Of a stretch of DNA of 64,000 nucleotides, positions 12,666-26,201 are shown in pieces. The notes below the pieces were generated by a model that was given only the letters and a program-made list of their open reading frames with translations, was not told where the DNA came from and ran no database searches. Every line of letters begins with the position of its first letter. Position 1 is the first letter of the stretch. The position numbers were made by a program, and so were the translations under genes. The stretch lies in the NCBI GenBank assembly GCA_002633005.1, contig NMRA01000647.1, positions 151,050 through 215,049 on the forward strand, read 5' to 3'. This stretch comes from Phoronis australis (lineage: Eukaryota > Animalia > Phoronida).

Positions 12666-14009
12666 ATGTGTAACGTTAACACCAATGTAGAACGTTAGTT
12701 TCGTCAATTGAATGATATTACTAAAATATAAACATTTCGTAACTTCCAGTCCTGTTTGTGTTTTTAACAAGTGTGCGGAGTTTCCGCTGAATCTTCGATT
12801 CAAGATATCTGTAATTGTGTTCAGTGAGCCTTAGTTGGGTTTTAATTGTTCAAAACAACCATTTGCCTTGTTTTGACAAGTGACTACATTGCCATCATTT
12901 ATAGCATTGTATATCACAAAAAAAAAATCTAACCAATACTCCAATCTAAAGTGTTGGTTGACCAACTAACCACAAACGTGAATTCAACATCCCCAAAACG
13001 ATAAAATAAGAGAAACGCGGCTTTAACTGAAAGTTTCTTGGAACCACGGAGATCAGTGTGACGTAGGAACGTACAAAACAGCATTGGTAACAAACTTGTG
13101 GACTCCTAAACGTACTTGTATCTCAGAGCTCGAGTGCGCAGAATTTCCCATTTTGTAAACCTGAAGAACATTCACAACTCGAGACCAAGCTTTCAAAGTA
13201 TCTCGTGAATATATTGAAACCCAAGCCGCTCCAGTGTATAGTTTTATTGATAACAGTTCACAGTGCTGGTAAAGCAAAAACTTGGGCCTTAACACATACA
13301 AAAATAATTCAATTAGCACGCAAACTGAATCTATGCACATCAAAACCTGACAAGGGATACGTGTACCATTTAACCCGACAGACTGTCGTTTTGATTATAT
13401 ATGGTTCTGCTTTCCCCTGATCCATTTCGAGAGCTGTGCCTCACTGCCTGAAAAGGAAAATCCTTCTGCTTGCATCGTTTTCAACGAATTTTTTATCTGT
13501 TTTCCAGTGTGTCTAAGTAGTAGTAAAACCGTTCCTGAAACTTACCCCAGCACCACGCTTTTACTGTTACAATCATAAAATCAGCCTTTTTATAGTTATA
13601 TACTTCATTGGTCCATGTCGCATAAATACAAGATAACAAATGCACACTGGCAAAAAACAAATTCAAACACTTATGACACACCCTCGCACTCAACTATATA
13701 CCCATCTACACTGCCCTGAGAGCTGTTTAGAAAAGGGTTATCGAGCCAATTTCCCCAGAATACCTGCAATTTGTCTACTAGGTGTCATTTTTAATAAAAT
13801 GCTTCGTCTCGTTCGCCTTTATATTTTAACGAATGATAGGAAATTTGGCATTACTTCCATATATGTTGATATCTCATTCAGTACCAGTATACTTTGCAGA
13901 AAAGTACGAGTCGTTACTATTATTTAATTTATTTGAAGTAAATGGATAACGTTTCGCCAGCGTCTGCTGACTTTTTCAAGCCTGTGCGACCTCCTTATGA
14001 TGGAGTGAG

Positions 14010-15345
14010 TTCAAGGTGTTCCATCGAAATGGTGGAACCCCGGTGTAAAACAGACTTCCGCACCTTCAAAACAGTGAACCAGCCAGAAAAGCATTTCAAC
14101 CCCGACCTTTAAAACAGCAACCCCGAAGATCGAACAGGACACCCGGGTACGGAAACACTACACTGTCTGTCAAACATTGTTTGTCTCTAGGAAATACTAC
14201 ATTGGTACTCTTATAGTACTTTGTGTTCATACAACATGTATCATTTTCACATTTTGATTAAAAAATAATTCTTCCTACTTTGAATAGTTGTTGTGATGTG
14301 TTGTTTTACTATATGACAATTTTAGATATCTTATGACCATTATTCTATTGCGGCTAAAGTTTTGTTGTAATGTTTCGCGTCGGCTTTCTGCGCCGTGAAA
14401 TATTAAGTTGCCTAAATGTATTGGCCATTTTTTTTCTCCAATTCTTCAATCATCTGTTCTTCTTTCACGAGGTAGCGTAAACGTCACAACAAATTATCGG
14501 AATAGGTTTCATTTCCTTACAAAATTTTAATATTTTATTACCAGTAAACCGAATTTCAGAACAAAGTTGCTGCAGTTATCCGCCAAAAAGAGTGTGAATG
14601 CGCTGAGTTCCAAAAACAAAACATTATTTCGACTTTCGACTGCAGTTCTTTATAATTGACCTCATGTTCGTTGATTAACTTGTGGAGAGTACATTATTTA
14701 CGACAAAATAAATTTCCTGACTTTGAAATGGACCGCGAGAATTATTCACTCGAAAGACCCGCACCGTCACCAATTTCACCGTTCTTGTCCTCAAAAAAGT
14801 GTACGTCAACTCCCTATCGATCTTTAAAACGGAATTTGGAATCGTAGTTTCTGAACTCAACGCACTCACACTCTTGTTGGCGGATCATCCCTGTGACCTT
14901 TGTGTTTGACAGAAAGTGCGGAAGTGGTGTTTCGGTGTCCGGGTATCCTGTTCGATCCTGGGGCTCCTGTTTTAAAGGCCAGTACATGCGCGCACCCAGC
15001 CTTTAATACGGAGGGGCTCGAATTTCTGTCGATGTGGACCTTTTGCTAACAAAAAAGCGGGAGGTCTAACAAAAAAGGGGTACCAGCTACACTTGGCGTC
15101 TGCGCCTTTTTCCTGGACTTTTGTCTCGTTTTCTCGGACTTTTTGTTTCTCTGAGGCGGACCTTCTTGCCCACTTTGCCATATAGGCGGCTCTTTCGAGC
15201 TCCCCGAGCCCCGCCCCCATGGATGCGCGAATGCAGTGTTCGTGTTTTTCGGGCTGGTTAGTTGTTTTGAAGGTGCGGGAGTATATTTTCGACTCCGTGA
15301 TATCTGTTTTACACCGGGGTTACAATTTCGATGGAGAATCTTGAA
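14010..15345. mobile_element. Degenerate foldback/long inverted-repeat element
   Basis: Nested inverted pairs: 14010-14093 with 15240-15345; 14128-14163 with 14923-14958; 14577-14617 with 14845-14887. Confidence 0.7.
14985..15233 (+). mobile_element. MITE copy B, nested in the foldback element
   Basis: Termini catgcgcgcaccc ... ggatgcgcgaatg; flanks cagta/cagtg (imperfect 5-bp TSD). Confidence 0.75.
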
Positions 15346-15765
15346 ATACTATGAGAAGATTTGATCCTGTACAGGGTTATTGACCCTTTGGGAATTTCAG
15401 CTAAGTAGGTACACAGAGGCCATTCTCTCGTCCGCTTGTGATGGTACACACAATTTAGGATAAACAAACAAAAAATATGTTGTGGCATTAACCCTTAGCA
15501 AACAGTAAGCTGTGATTTTTATTTGATAAGTAGTTTGAAACTCTCTTGAAGATGTTTTACTATATGTGCAACTTACGTAAATGGCAGACAAAGCTTACAT
15601 AAATATATTTGGCCTATTTTTGGAAACATGCAAAGCGACATTTTTACGCCCTGACAATAACATGACGTCACTTCAAATTTAAGGCCGAATGGCTGAATAG
15701 CTTCTGATTGTCGTAGTTGTTGCGCCGAGATACTAACCCGGGCTCACGAAAGTTCAGGCGTATTT

Positions 15766-16380
15766 TATGGTGGGCCGTTGAGGAGAAAGTGTCGCCGTAA
15801 AATTACGCTCGTAATTACGAGCGTAAATTAAATTGCAGGAGTGTCGCCGTACAATTACGCTTGTACATTAAATGGGGAAAAGTTTAGCCGTAAAATTACG
15901 CTCGTAATTACGAGCGTAAATTAAATTGCAAAAGTGCTGCAGTAAAATTACGCTCGTAAATTAAATGGGAATGTCGCCGTAAATTACGCTCGTAAAATAC
16001 CTTAAGAACGTTCCAAATTTAAACCAGTCAGTGTTGCCCTAACATACACGACTGTTGCTAGGCAGCTCGTTCTTGCACAATCGCTGACGTTGCAGCAGCG
16101 ATTTGATCCGCCATGATTCAGCGCTCGTACCGTAGACATGTAACCCGTCAGTAGATAAGTATTTCCATGAGCACGCTCGACCGTGGATTGTAAAACCCAA
16201 CGTCGTTGGCTAAGAGTTTAAACTAAATTACGAGCGTAATTTTACGCCGTAAAGAATTAAATTACGCTCGTAATTTTACGGCGTAATTAACGGCGTAAAT
16301 AACGCCGTAAATAACGGCGTAATGTACATAATTACGCTCGTATTTTTCCGGCGACACTTTCCCCCCAACGGCCGATCATA
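15766..16380. mobile_element. MITE with TIRs and many subterminal AATTACGCTCGTAA/TTACGCCGTAA repeats
   Basis: tatggtgggccgttgaggagaaagtgtcgccg at the left end is inverted as cggcgacactttccccccaacggccgatcata at the right end. More than 10 palindromic ttacg...cgtaa units lie in the two arms. Confidence 0.85.
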
Positions 16381-18644
16381 GTATTTTCGCTAACACGTCG
16401 GTCTGCGGGATATTTTCAGGAGAAAAACATCAAACCCCTATGAACGTTGAAGAAATACTGAGAAACACTCTTGAGATAAAGATTGTTGGTCAGATACAGG
16501 GCCGTTTTTGCATTCATAGAGATTTACTCTCATGTAAGGACTTGGTAAGAGTACCGAGCGTCCCATTTGCTGCTATTCATTCTCTTACAACCCTATAAGA
16601 AAAGCTGTACTGTAATTGTCCGACTCCGTCACTGAGATCTGCGCTCACCAAAGCTGTGTGTTAGGCGCAAAGGGTTATAGCAAGAGCGTCGGAACGCCAT
16701 GATTAGTCAAGGATGGGTAAAACAACCAAGACTTGCATCACTGTTGCTCGCCTTACGTAGTTTTCATTTTTGAAAATGTGAGCAACTAAAAGTAGGCCTA
16801 TGCTGTACCTCCGACTCGAGCTTCAAATACAACAACAGCTAGAGACCGTGAAACCAAAGTTTTTTGTCCTTAAAATTTTTACTCATTTGCGATCGCCTTC
16901 TGCCTTGTAAATTGATTCCTGATTTGTTTAGAACATTAACTGTTGTAAATTGTTCTCATCGTGTTATTGGGATTAGAAGTGGCATAGGACAGACTTAGAG
17001 ACGAACAGAGATCCGCCAATATTGGTCATGGTGCTCAGGGCTCAGCGTACAAAATGACTCGTCGGGTCAAACTCCGCCATGATTGCATTGTTATCGGATG
17101 CGAATTAAACTCGTTAAACTTACAACTCATTGTCTAGTATATCTGGAGCTCGACGTCACGTACGAACGAACCGTCACTGACTTGTTACCAAACCCAGGAA
17201 TCGTCTCGGGCGAGAAACAGATTGAGACATTGGCTCTGAGTAACTTGTCTAAATCAACTTTTAGGTGTTTTGATAGTTGGTTTATTACGGCTTTTTAAAT
17301 ACTTTGCAACAGTCAAGTTGTCAAAATATTAAACAATCGCCAAAAATTGGGTACAAACAACCTCGCAATTTTCAATTCGTGATAACCATTATTACATGTA
17401 AATTTGCGATAAAAATGAAAACCAGCACTTGAAATCCCAGCGGTACTAGGCAGTAGTTTTCTGAGGACGATGAATGGGTTTGGTGTTTGGGACTCAACTC
17501 GTATGACTATAATTTGAATAGAGTTTAAATAGGTATGGAACGCGAAAGCTCGTCAAAATATCTTTCAAACAATTCCTGACGAAACTGCCATCTCGCAACT
17601 TTTGCTATAGAGCTATTCAGGCTCCCACGTGAGGAAGTGGCCACGAAAAATCCCAAAATCCATTATTCTTGAAATACGCGCGAAGGAAAAACTCTGTAAT
17701 CACCACAGAGTTTGATCTTCCTCCCACTTCTGATCAATGCGCGCATGCGCTCCGGCACAGTCATTCGACAACTGGTTACTGACAAGAAGGATATTTCGGC
17801 ACATTATCATGTGTGGTCGCACTCCGAATCTAAGGTCGACACCACTGTATGAGGTAAGCCTGTCAAGCAAGGGGTTTCCCAACGAGAATTCCAAGTACAA
17901 TTTAGAATACATGTTCTACATTTGAATGCTAAGATACTTTTGCAACTAATTTTAATCTCTTAATTCGACTGCTGCTTGAGGTAGCTATTGTTTTGTTTAC
18001 ATGTACATCTAAGGTCAAACATTACATTTTTATATTAGAGAAATGTGCTACGTCTATGTCTGGCCAAACCAAAAGAGACGTGGTTGGCCTTGTGAGGGGA
18101 AAATCAGAGAAGTGACAAGAAGTTGACAGGTCGTTCTTCTTTGAAATGTTTTGATATCAACAAAAAATCAAAATCTTTACTAGAAGAAAGTAAACTATCT
18201 GTTGAACACGTTGAATTCTGTTTCTGTGGAGGAGGGTCAATTTAAATGATGCAATTTGATCTGTTTTTCTAGTTTCGCTTTAAATTCAAACCCTCACATT
18301 GGCGCAACGCCACACTTCGATACTCCGACTCAGCCTATCCAGTTTTTATAACCAATAAAGCAAATTTGTCATCCCTACAAAAATAAGATGAATGGTAAGT
18401 AGTTTTACTATTTACAAAACAAAACTACATCCATACTTTGAAATTCAGTACAGATTCCTTAGTTCGTTTACGGCTCCAGTTGGTGATTGTGTAGCTGAGG
18501 TTCCTTACTTTCGAAGGTATATATATATGTATATATAAATTCAGTAATTCACTTTTGTTGAGGGATTTTCATTTCCTAAACTGTACAATGCATAATGTGA
18601 CAACAAACGTTATATTCGAGGTAAACGGATAAACGGGTTAGTTT

Positions 18645-20772
18645 TTAATCAATCTTTGTAACGCCATACGCGGGGTTGGTTTTCTGGGAATCCTCAAAGT
18701 TCCAGTCGACGGGCTTATGCATTTGCACCGTTTTCCGGTACGTCCAATAAGGAGTCATGACGAAAAAAATTAACGTGAGCTGAGTATATAGGCTAATAAA
18801 TATTGGTAAAGGCATCGAAGACCAAATTTTTGGCCAGTGGCGATAGGTTTGTAGCCACATAAATCCTTCAAGAACAGTTCGACAGTGAAACAAATGCACA
18901 AGGATAGCTTGGTTAGCCTTCCATAACAAGGTGTTGGTTCGACCACATTTTAACATTGTCCAACAGAGAGCACTGAATGGAGTACTCATTTCGAGCAGCA
19001 ATCCAACCGTGCCAAAGTAATGACTGCTGTCAAAATAAAGAACTAGGAGATAACCACCGAGAGCCAACCAGTGGTGGGCGTTGAGCAGAATATTTTGTTG
19101 CCTAAACACAATGTCTGTGATTGAAACTGCGGCACATTCCAGAATGAAAAATCCAACAGTCACGTGGAGTGCGAAGTTACTAGTTGGCGTCTTTGCAAAG
19201 ACGACATCTTTGACGAGTTCGTCATCGTGCCACAGCGTCCAAATGCCCACTATTGTGCAGAAAACTCCAAAAACGCCCCTCACCACTGACAAGTTCCAGA
19301 AGATTTTTTCTTTTCTTCGCAGATTCTTGTAAGCGGATGTTCGACCCGCGACGACCGCTGACCACACGTACAGCATACAAAAGAGAAGAAATGACACAAA
19401 GATGACTTGGAATTTTGTCGTTATGGTGCTGTAATCCAGTTGCGTCAGATAAGGATGAATGTAGTCAGTTAGCTGCACTGATCCCCTGAAAACAAAATGC
19501 AAATGGCGTGAATGACACACCGGCGGACCTAGGCGTAATGGGGGGGGGGGGGCGTGGCAACCACAATTTTCGAAGGACAAACTAATTAATGCCAAAATGT
19601 CTGCTTAGGTCCTAAATAGGCCTATGCCGCCGGCGTCGCTTTTTACTTTTCTGGTCTTGTCCGTAGGGGGCTTCCTATAGGCCGATTATACATGTAACCT
19701 GCAGTCTACAAGGCGAAAACATCTGGGCCTTCTAGTGTATATTCTATTATCAAGTAGGTCTAAAATCTACAGGATTCAATTGTGACGATTTATCTTGGAC
19801 TGTGATCATCACGTGCGCGCATCACGAGAAGCTGAACATGACCACTATCATGTTTGCGTAAAATGCACCGGCTGTAAACATAAGATAACGCAACGAATTA
19901 CATCAATTAGTGCCATTTCAACTGGATGTAAAGCTTTCAAATGCATGAGAAAAATACTGTATTTTTAAGCGCATTAGGGTGATGGACCCGTAAAGGTTCA
20001 TCTATGCATTGAAAGTGGAATGACTTTGTGCAACTGAGTACTCCCCGAGATTGAAATCTGCCCTCAGCGATGAGAGTGCCTCAGTACGCGGCCATAGACG
20101 TCAACTGTTTAGCTAGTCATTACATGAGACAGGCACTTGGCCAAGGAGCATCGGAAGCGAAATGAGTGGCCAGTAGAAGGGCAAAAGACAAAATTGAAAT
20201 GAGTCTCTACCGAAAGGCTTTTGAGCAAGCCGTCATAATCCCTTTTGCACGTTCAACGTCGAAATGTCAACGGAGAGAATTCGTAATAACACGGTCAGCC
20301 TTAGTTTTTCTAAGTACAACCCTAAATCCTCGACAGTTAAATCAAGTCTTTTTAATTGCGCTTGTCACTAAATGTCCATATTATGCCAGTACTAGCATAG
20401 ACAATATTACGTATTTGTGTTTTGAAAGTGTTGCCTCGGTAAGCTGAAACTGCAGCTCAGTAATCAGTTATGCTTGTACATACGCACCCGAATGGCATAC
20501 ACGTGCATGTACATGTAAGGTGTTCCGCCACACGAGGAGACGCCCGGCTGGTAAGAATAAAAAACATTTAGGCAAAGAATTTCGCCCTCGAAAGTTACTG
20601 TAGCTGTTCCGACAGTTATTCCAAGATTGTAGAGAGCGGGGAACTACGTACCTGTAGGCACGTTACGTAATCACATGAATGCGACACAACATTTTCAATC
20701 TTTGCTAATTAGCTAACAAATTGGCAACACATTCCACACTTACCGCATGAAATCATTATGACTAGCCGCCAT
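18645..20772 (-). CDS. CLN8: CLN8 orthologue (TLC-domain ER membrane protein). Exons 20772-20744 and 19485-18645
   Basis: Motifs match human CLN8 as recalled: LDY, EKIFWNL, GFFILE, HH, LLLEMSTPF, WKANQ, HLFHCR, PYWT, PVDWNF. Exon 1 MAASHNDFMR ends at phase-2 GTAAGT and joins the tttcag acceptor in frame. The N-terminus given in the ORF track is intronic. Confidence 0.93.
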
Positions 20773-22824
20773 TCTTCAGGAGATGCACACGAAGTAAATC
20801 GTACAGAATGGCGCAAGCAGACGATTCTCAGCACTCAGATGGCAAATTGCAGTCGCGACACCAAACAGCTAACTTCGGTAATTTCTGCGAACGTTTGGAC
20901 TGGTTGCTGATTTCAACTATTCTTCCATAAAAAGTATCCTGTGTAGATTATGATGTTTAAAAATCAGCATCGTCATGCCCCGGCGAGATAATAACAACCG
21001 CTGTTTACAGTATAATCGGCGTTTTCAACATTGCGCACGACAGTATGCATAACGTCATCCCGTGTATTAGTGCCCCATCCGTAGACGCAATGCTCTCGCG
21101 AAAACGCAAGATACCCAAAGTCCTCGCGAGATATTGCCTTAGATGCGTCGCAAGCTGAAGGCATGCGCACGTGATAATACTACCTTTACTCGCAAGATTT
21201 TTTGCGTCTCGGAATTCGATCCTGGCTTTTAGGGGAAGTGATACTTCGGCCTTTGATCGGGTTGGATTGTCATTCTGATAAGCTTACAGTGGCACTTATC
21301 ATTTTGTAAACGATGCTCATCGAAGTTGATAGTTAAAACGAGTCTGCCTCCGATAATCTGTTTATTTGAAGGGAATTCGCGGTAGTGCAGGGTTAAGATT
21401 GTCGTTGGGACCTCCAAGCTATGAAAAGTATATGAGCGACCTAGCAATTGGAATTAGCCCTTGCGCCACAATTTTTGAATTTCCCCTTTCTCGTCACAAC
21501 TCACGAGGGACCTCCGACCAGACGGAGGCCTCTATTTCGTGCAAGGCCCTAAGTTGCTGCTTCTTAGCTAAATGAATTGTCTCACCCTGTGGCATCAAAT
21601 TTTATATAGACCCGTTACTAACTACGAGATGGGGTTCCTATTTTCAGTGGAACTACAAGTTGTAGCTTTATTAGCTTAATGGGACGACACTGATTTGCGG
21701 CGCTGTTATTGCTGCGGCGCCATTATTGCTGAAGTTACATTTTAGGAACAACAAGGCAAAACACGTCTCTTATTTGGTGACTACAGAGTTTTTCCTTCAC
21801 GCGTATTTTAAGAATCGTGAAATTTGTGATTTTTCTGGGAATTTCCTCAAAGGGGAAGTGAATAACTCTTTAGTTGACGTTGCGGAATGGTGCTTTCGTC
21901 AGGAATTGATTAAACGGTTTTTGACGAGGTTTCGATTTCCATGCTTCGTTAAGTACGGCGGTAGGCCTGGCAATTAAATATTATATTTGTGTTTGAGATA
22001 GCAGGCGACTTAAAAAGTAAGAATAATGCGATGTTTATTACATTTGCACTTGCCGTGTTCGACTTCAAAAGTAATAATTATTACTATTGTGACTGTAAAA
22101 GGACAGAACAAACTTAGGACGTGATGGATGGTAATTGAGCACGTAAACGCGACTTTTTTAGAGAAAATTCCCCAAAATGTTTCATGTTCGAGGCTCCACG
22201 TCATATGCTTGGAAACTGAAAACCGCCGTTAATCTTTGGAGCCAGGGCGGATCCAACATTTTGATTTTGGGGGCAGGGCAGAGTAGAATTTTGCTCGTCA
22301 GATATTCGCACACTTGAACTGCCAAATGGAATCTGGGAGAATTTTTGGGGGGGACATGGCCCCCGGGAGCTGACATTTTGAGAATCCCTGTCGTGAAGGT
22401 TGTTTGCAATTTTCCGCCAGTGGGGGTAGCCGCCACGTGAGGTACAGGTCTTCTAACTGGAGGTCATACACTGTAAATCAGTGCAACGAAACTGGAGAGT
22501 ACAACAAGACAAAAAATAATTGTTTGTTTTTGTCTCATGTGCGCCTTGCGCAAACAGACTTGTAATTCTTGCTATGTTTTTTCTGACTGAAGAACTCAAA
22601 TGAAAACTAACTGTTAATTTGGAAGTATGTATGTTTATTTGACGCATTTGTGTGACTGTCTGCAAAAAGATCTCATATTCAGCAGGCCTACAAACTATCC
22701 ATATGAAACTGGAAAACATGAAGTTGACCATTAAATAATCCAATGGTCACAAAAAGAATTAAGAAGTTATAAACATATGCCAGTGGTGGTGTAAAATAAT
22801 CGATATCAATGTACTCATGCGTTT

Positions 22825-25800
22825 CTATACGTTGATGTTCACTTTCATTTCTGGTTCCTGCTTGTACTCGTTATCACTGAACAGAGGGCGGGTGAAATGT
22901 CTGTAGAAGAGCACACATATCTTTGCAACGCCTGCCAGAGAAGCAAGCACGAGAAGTAGAATTGAAAAAATAGAATTTGTTGCGCCCTGGCTGTAATTCT
23001 TAGCGATACTACCAATAAGAGCCACAATCACGACTATGTACGGGCTGAACTGATACCTTGTGAATTTGTCGAAAACAAACACGTCTAGTCCAAACCACAA
23101 GACAAGTTCACCAGCTAAAATTGAGAGAACAACAGTACTGGCAATGCTTTGGTCAACACCGAGTCTGTAAGCAAGAACTTGTGCAAAGTTCAATAAGGTA
23201 GCAATTGTGACCCATGTAGCGTAGAAGGCCAGACCGTTTTGAATGAACAGACGTGTCATCCAAATGTCCTTCTGTAATCCCATTTTCGCCAAGTAGTTGC
23301 CACTCTTGTTCAAGCGCACGTGCGATATGACCAAGCAAATGTACAACGTGAACGGAAGGAGAGCTATTGGGATTAAAGCCCAGTCGATCATCAAACGATC
23401 CCAAATGACAGACCACGCAACACTGCTACCCAGATTGACGATGTATGACATGTAAAATAGAGGTGATTCGGTCTCTGGGTTGGCGTATAAGGCATATCCG
23501 TCTGGGGTTTTGCGAAATATTGCTGCGATGACGTATATCAGCCATATGATTTGCCATGCGTAGATGAAGCCCCAAATGGAAAAGGTCCAGCTAGCAGGCG
23601 TTACTTCTAGATACCGCAAGTCGCCTGTGAATTCTGAGGTGTTAGTGAAGATGCCTGAAACAAGACACGATTTATACTTTATTTTCTACAATATGGGTTA
23701 AGTCTTTAACATAAAAAGTTGGTGACTATAACACCTCACCCTCATAATCCACGAGGCCTGTATGAGTCCGGTCAAGGGTTGAGTTCCATTGTTGTGATGA
23801 GGTGTTAGCTGCTTATGGTAAGGGCTACGTTTTCCCTGCTCACGAACGACATAAATTGTAAAGAAATATTTTTATTGTTTTTTTTCTTATCCCAGGAACC
23901 CAAAAATTTACAAGGAATAAAAGTTAGGAAATCAAACACTTGTCTCTTTTCAGTACTTTTTGCGATGAGAGACTTGTGGGACATCTGCAATGGATTCTGG
24001 GACACCGGGTTTTCCAAGCCGAATGAGAGCAACAAACTAATGAAAACATTACACTACACGTACTGTACACTTTCATTTCCATCCATTAGATGGCGAGGAA
24101 AACGTTTATTCCCATATTTTTAACTGTAAAGATGGAATTCTCGCACCTACATAATTGATGAATTTAAAACAGCTTTCTAATAGATTTAAAACAGGCAATT
24201 ATTAATTTGGGATATTTTTCCCATTCAGGTAATAACAGGGCAACTTTTTGAAAATTATGAATAAGCTGCACCAAAATTATACTGTATATGTTAATATTGA
24301 ATATCTCAGAAAAAAATGTCTACCATGTCGAATCTGCGACGGCATTTCAGCATAAAGCATTTTCTGAATTTTGACAATTGTCCTCACGCAGATTATTGTA
24401 GAAAGGCTCGAAAGAGTTTCAAAAATGTCAAGAAATCTCATAATTGAAATTCCGACAAATGTTAGTACAGGCCCTAAGGACTCTATGAGAACCATTTCAT
24501 TCAACGTGAATTAGTGGTGGAATATTCTAAAAACGGATCATTTCTAAGTTATAACCTCAACAGTTATTTTTAAAGAGTCTTCTACCCATCCTTAACCAAC
24601 AATGGATAATACTCACCCAACTGCTGTCCAATGGGAGACATCCCTATTGAGCTTATAAACATCGTAAAGGCATAGCAAAGGGAGGTGAAGACGATAAAGA
24701 ATGCAAGTAGCGGTTTGTGGGCAGCTGGCTTTAAAGTCTGCAAGATTGGAGAATTCAAAATATAATATCAAATTGCTAAAGCAACTGATGCTCATTTATA
24801 GAATTTTCGTTGGGGCAACATGAATTTCTCGTAGAACATGCGCAGAAACTTCAATGAATCACTACTTCGGAAAAAGGTACATGTAGGCCCAAAGCGCACC
24901 GCGTGATCACGAGCATGCGCTACTCTTTATGGCAAGCGTCTACTTTCTTCCATTCGTAAGCCATTTCGACGGAACTTAATACGAGAGAGGCAAACTAATA
25001 TATTTTTTCCACATATTCTCGCATCCTTCATAGCTCAGACAAGTAACGTGTAGAAGGTATAGCGGCCACAATGACTTTGGTCGTGCCACCTTCATAGTCC
25101 ACTGTCAAATTTCATAAATTATTCTTAATCTATCTATATCATAGTCGTACACAATGTAGTATTTGTACAATACTATATTGCCTTCATTTACAGTCGTACA
25201 TGTATTTCCATGAACATTAACTTTCAAAACCTTTGTACAGAGCATGCGCAATTATAGAACATTTTTAAATTAAAATTCTTCAAGAAAGCATATAATACAT
25301 TATCAACTATCTACTTGTACTTTTTATACGGGATTCTGCCCTACCTCAAATATTCCAAAATAACTTGAAAGGTCTACGAAATTCATTCAAGACGCTTTGC
25401 AGGTTAGAAGTAATTATTTGTTTATAACCTACTCTGAAGTGGTCATATTTGAGCGTGTGCAATATGTTATGTAATGATTTAATTATTATTAGGTGACTTA
25501 GTAAGCCCATTGAGATGTGTGGTAAATATTCTGTCTTTGAGATTGTTTTACTGGCACCCTTATGTCACTATAATAAATAAATAATAATGATAATAATAAT
25601 AATAATAAATGTACTTCCTAAGCCCCGGTTGCCTCATCTTCTGTTATGAAGTCGGACTTGTTAGTGTTTGTATGATATGATGTTGAGATGGTCCGAATAT
25701 TCAATTAGCGTCATATCTGAGAAATGACTGATTCATGTGAAACTTGCAGGTACTATGCTTTAAAGTGTTCTCCAAAAAACTTTTACGAATTGTTTTTAAA

Positions 25801-26052
25801 ATGTTTTGCTTAAGCATGAAGGGGTATCAAAATAGTAGTTTTAGGATGATCATGAAAAAATAAATTTGTTGCTTCAAAAGAAAGCGAAATGTGATAGGCT
25901 GCATTACAATACTGCAATTGTTTTTTTTGAGATTTCATCTTGAACGTTGATATCAAATGAAATAAAATTTGGCCATACTGTTAGTAGGCGTACTTTGCAG
26001 ATGGATGTCTAGTCCTCAGTTTAGTCTACCGATAACTTACCTCGACAGTCAT
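22825..26052 (-). CDS. TspO/MBR-like multi-pass membrane protein, paralog 2. Exons 26052-26041, 24737-24617, 23654-22825
   Basis: MTVE|TLKPAAHKPLLAFFIVFT...GQQL|GIFTNTSEFTGDLRYLEVTPASWTFSIWGFIYAWQ. The 121-nt middle exon and intron phases are identical to paralogs 1 and 3. Confidence 0.9.
25570..25610. repeat. (TAA)n/(TAAA)n microsatellite
   Basis: Direct inspection. Confidence 0.85.
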
Positions 26053-26201
26053 CTCGAGTTTGACGTTGGAAGAATTGAAGATTCTGCAAAGATGGTAAAT
26101 AAAAAGACTGCTGAACAAAATACGATGTTTCTTATTTCAACAAAATCTATAGCGAATTCTTCTGCTCTTATACTTAGGACAAATATATACTCAAGCTTCC
26201 T

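Noticed and set aside
15780-16345. CRISPR-like appearance of regularly recurring palindromic repeats
   Set aside because: No unique constant-length spacers, no cas genes, eukaryotic context. Explained as MITE subterminal repeats.
19486-19595. N-terminal extension of the 316-aa CLN8 ORF (APPPPLRL...)
   Set aside because: Intronic; it runs through a G-homopolymer repeat fragment upstream of a clear acceptor. The true start is at 20772.
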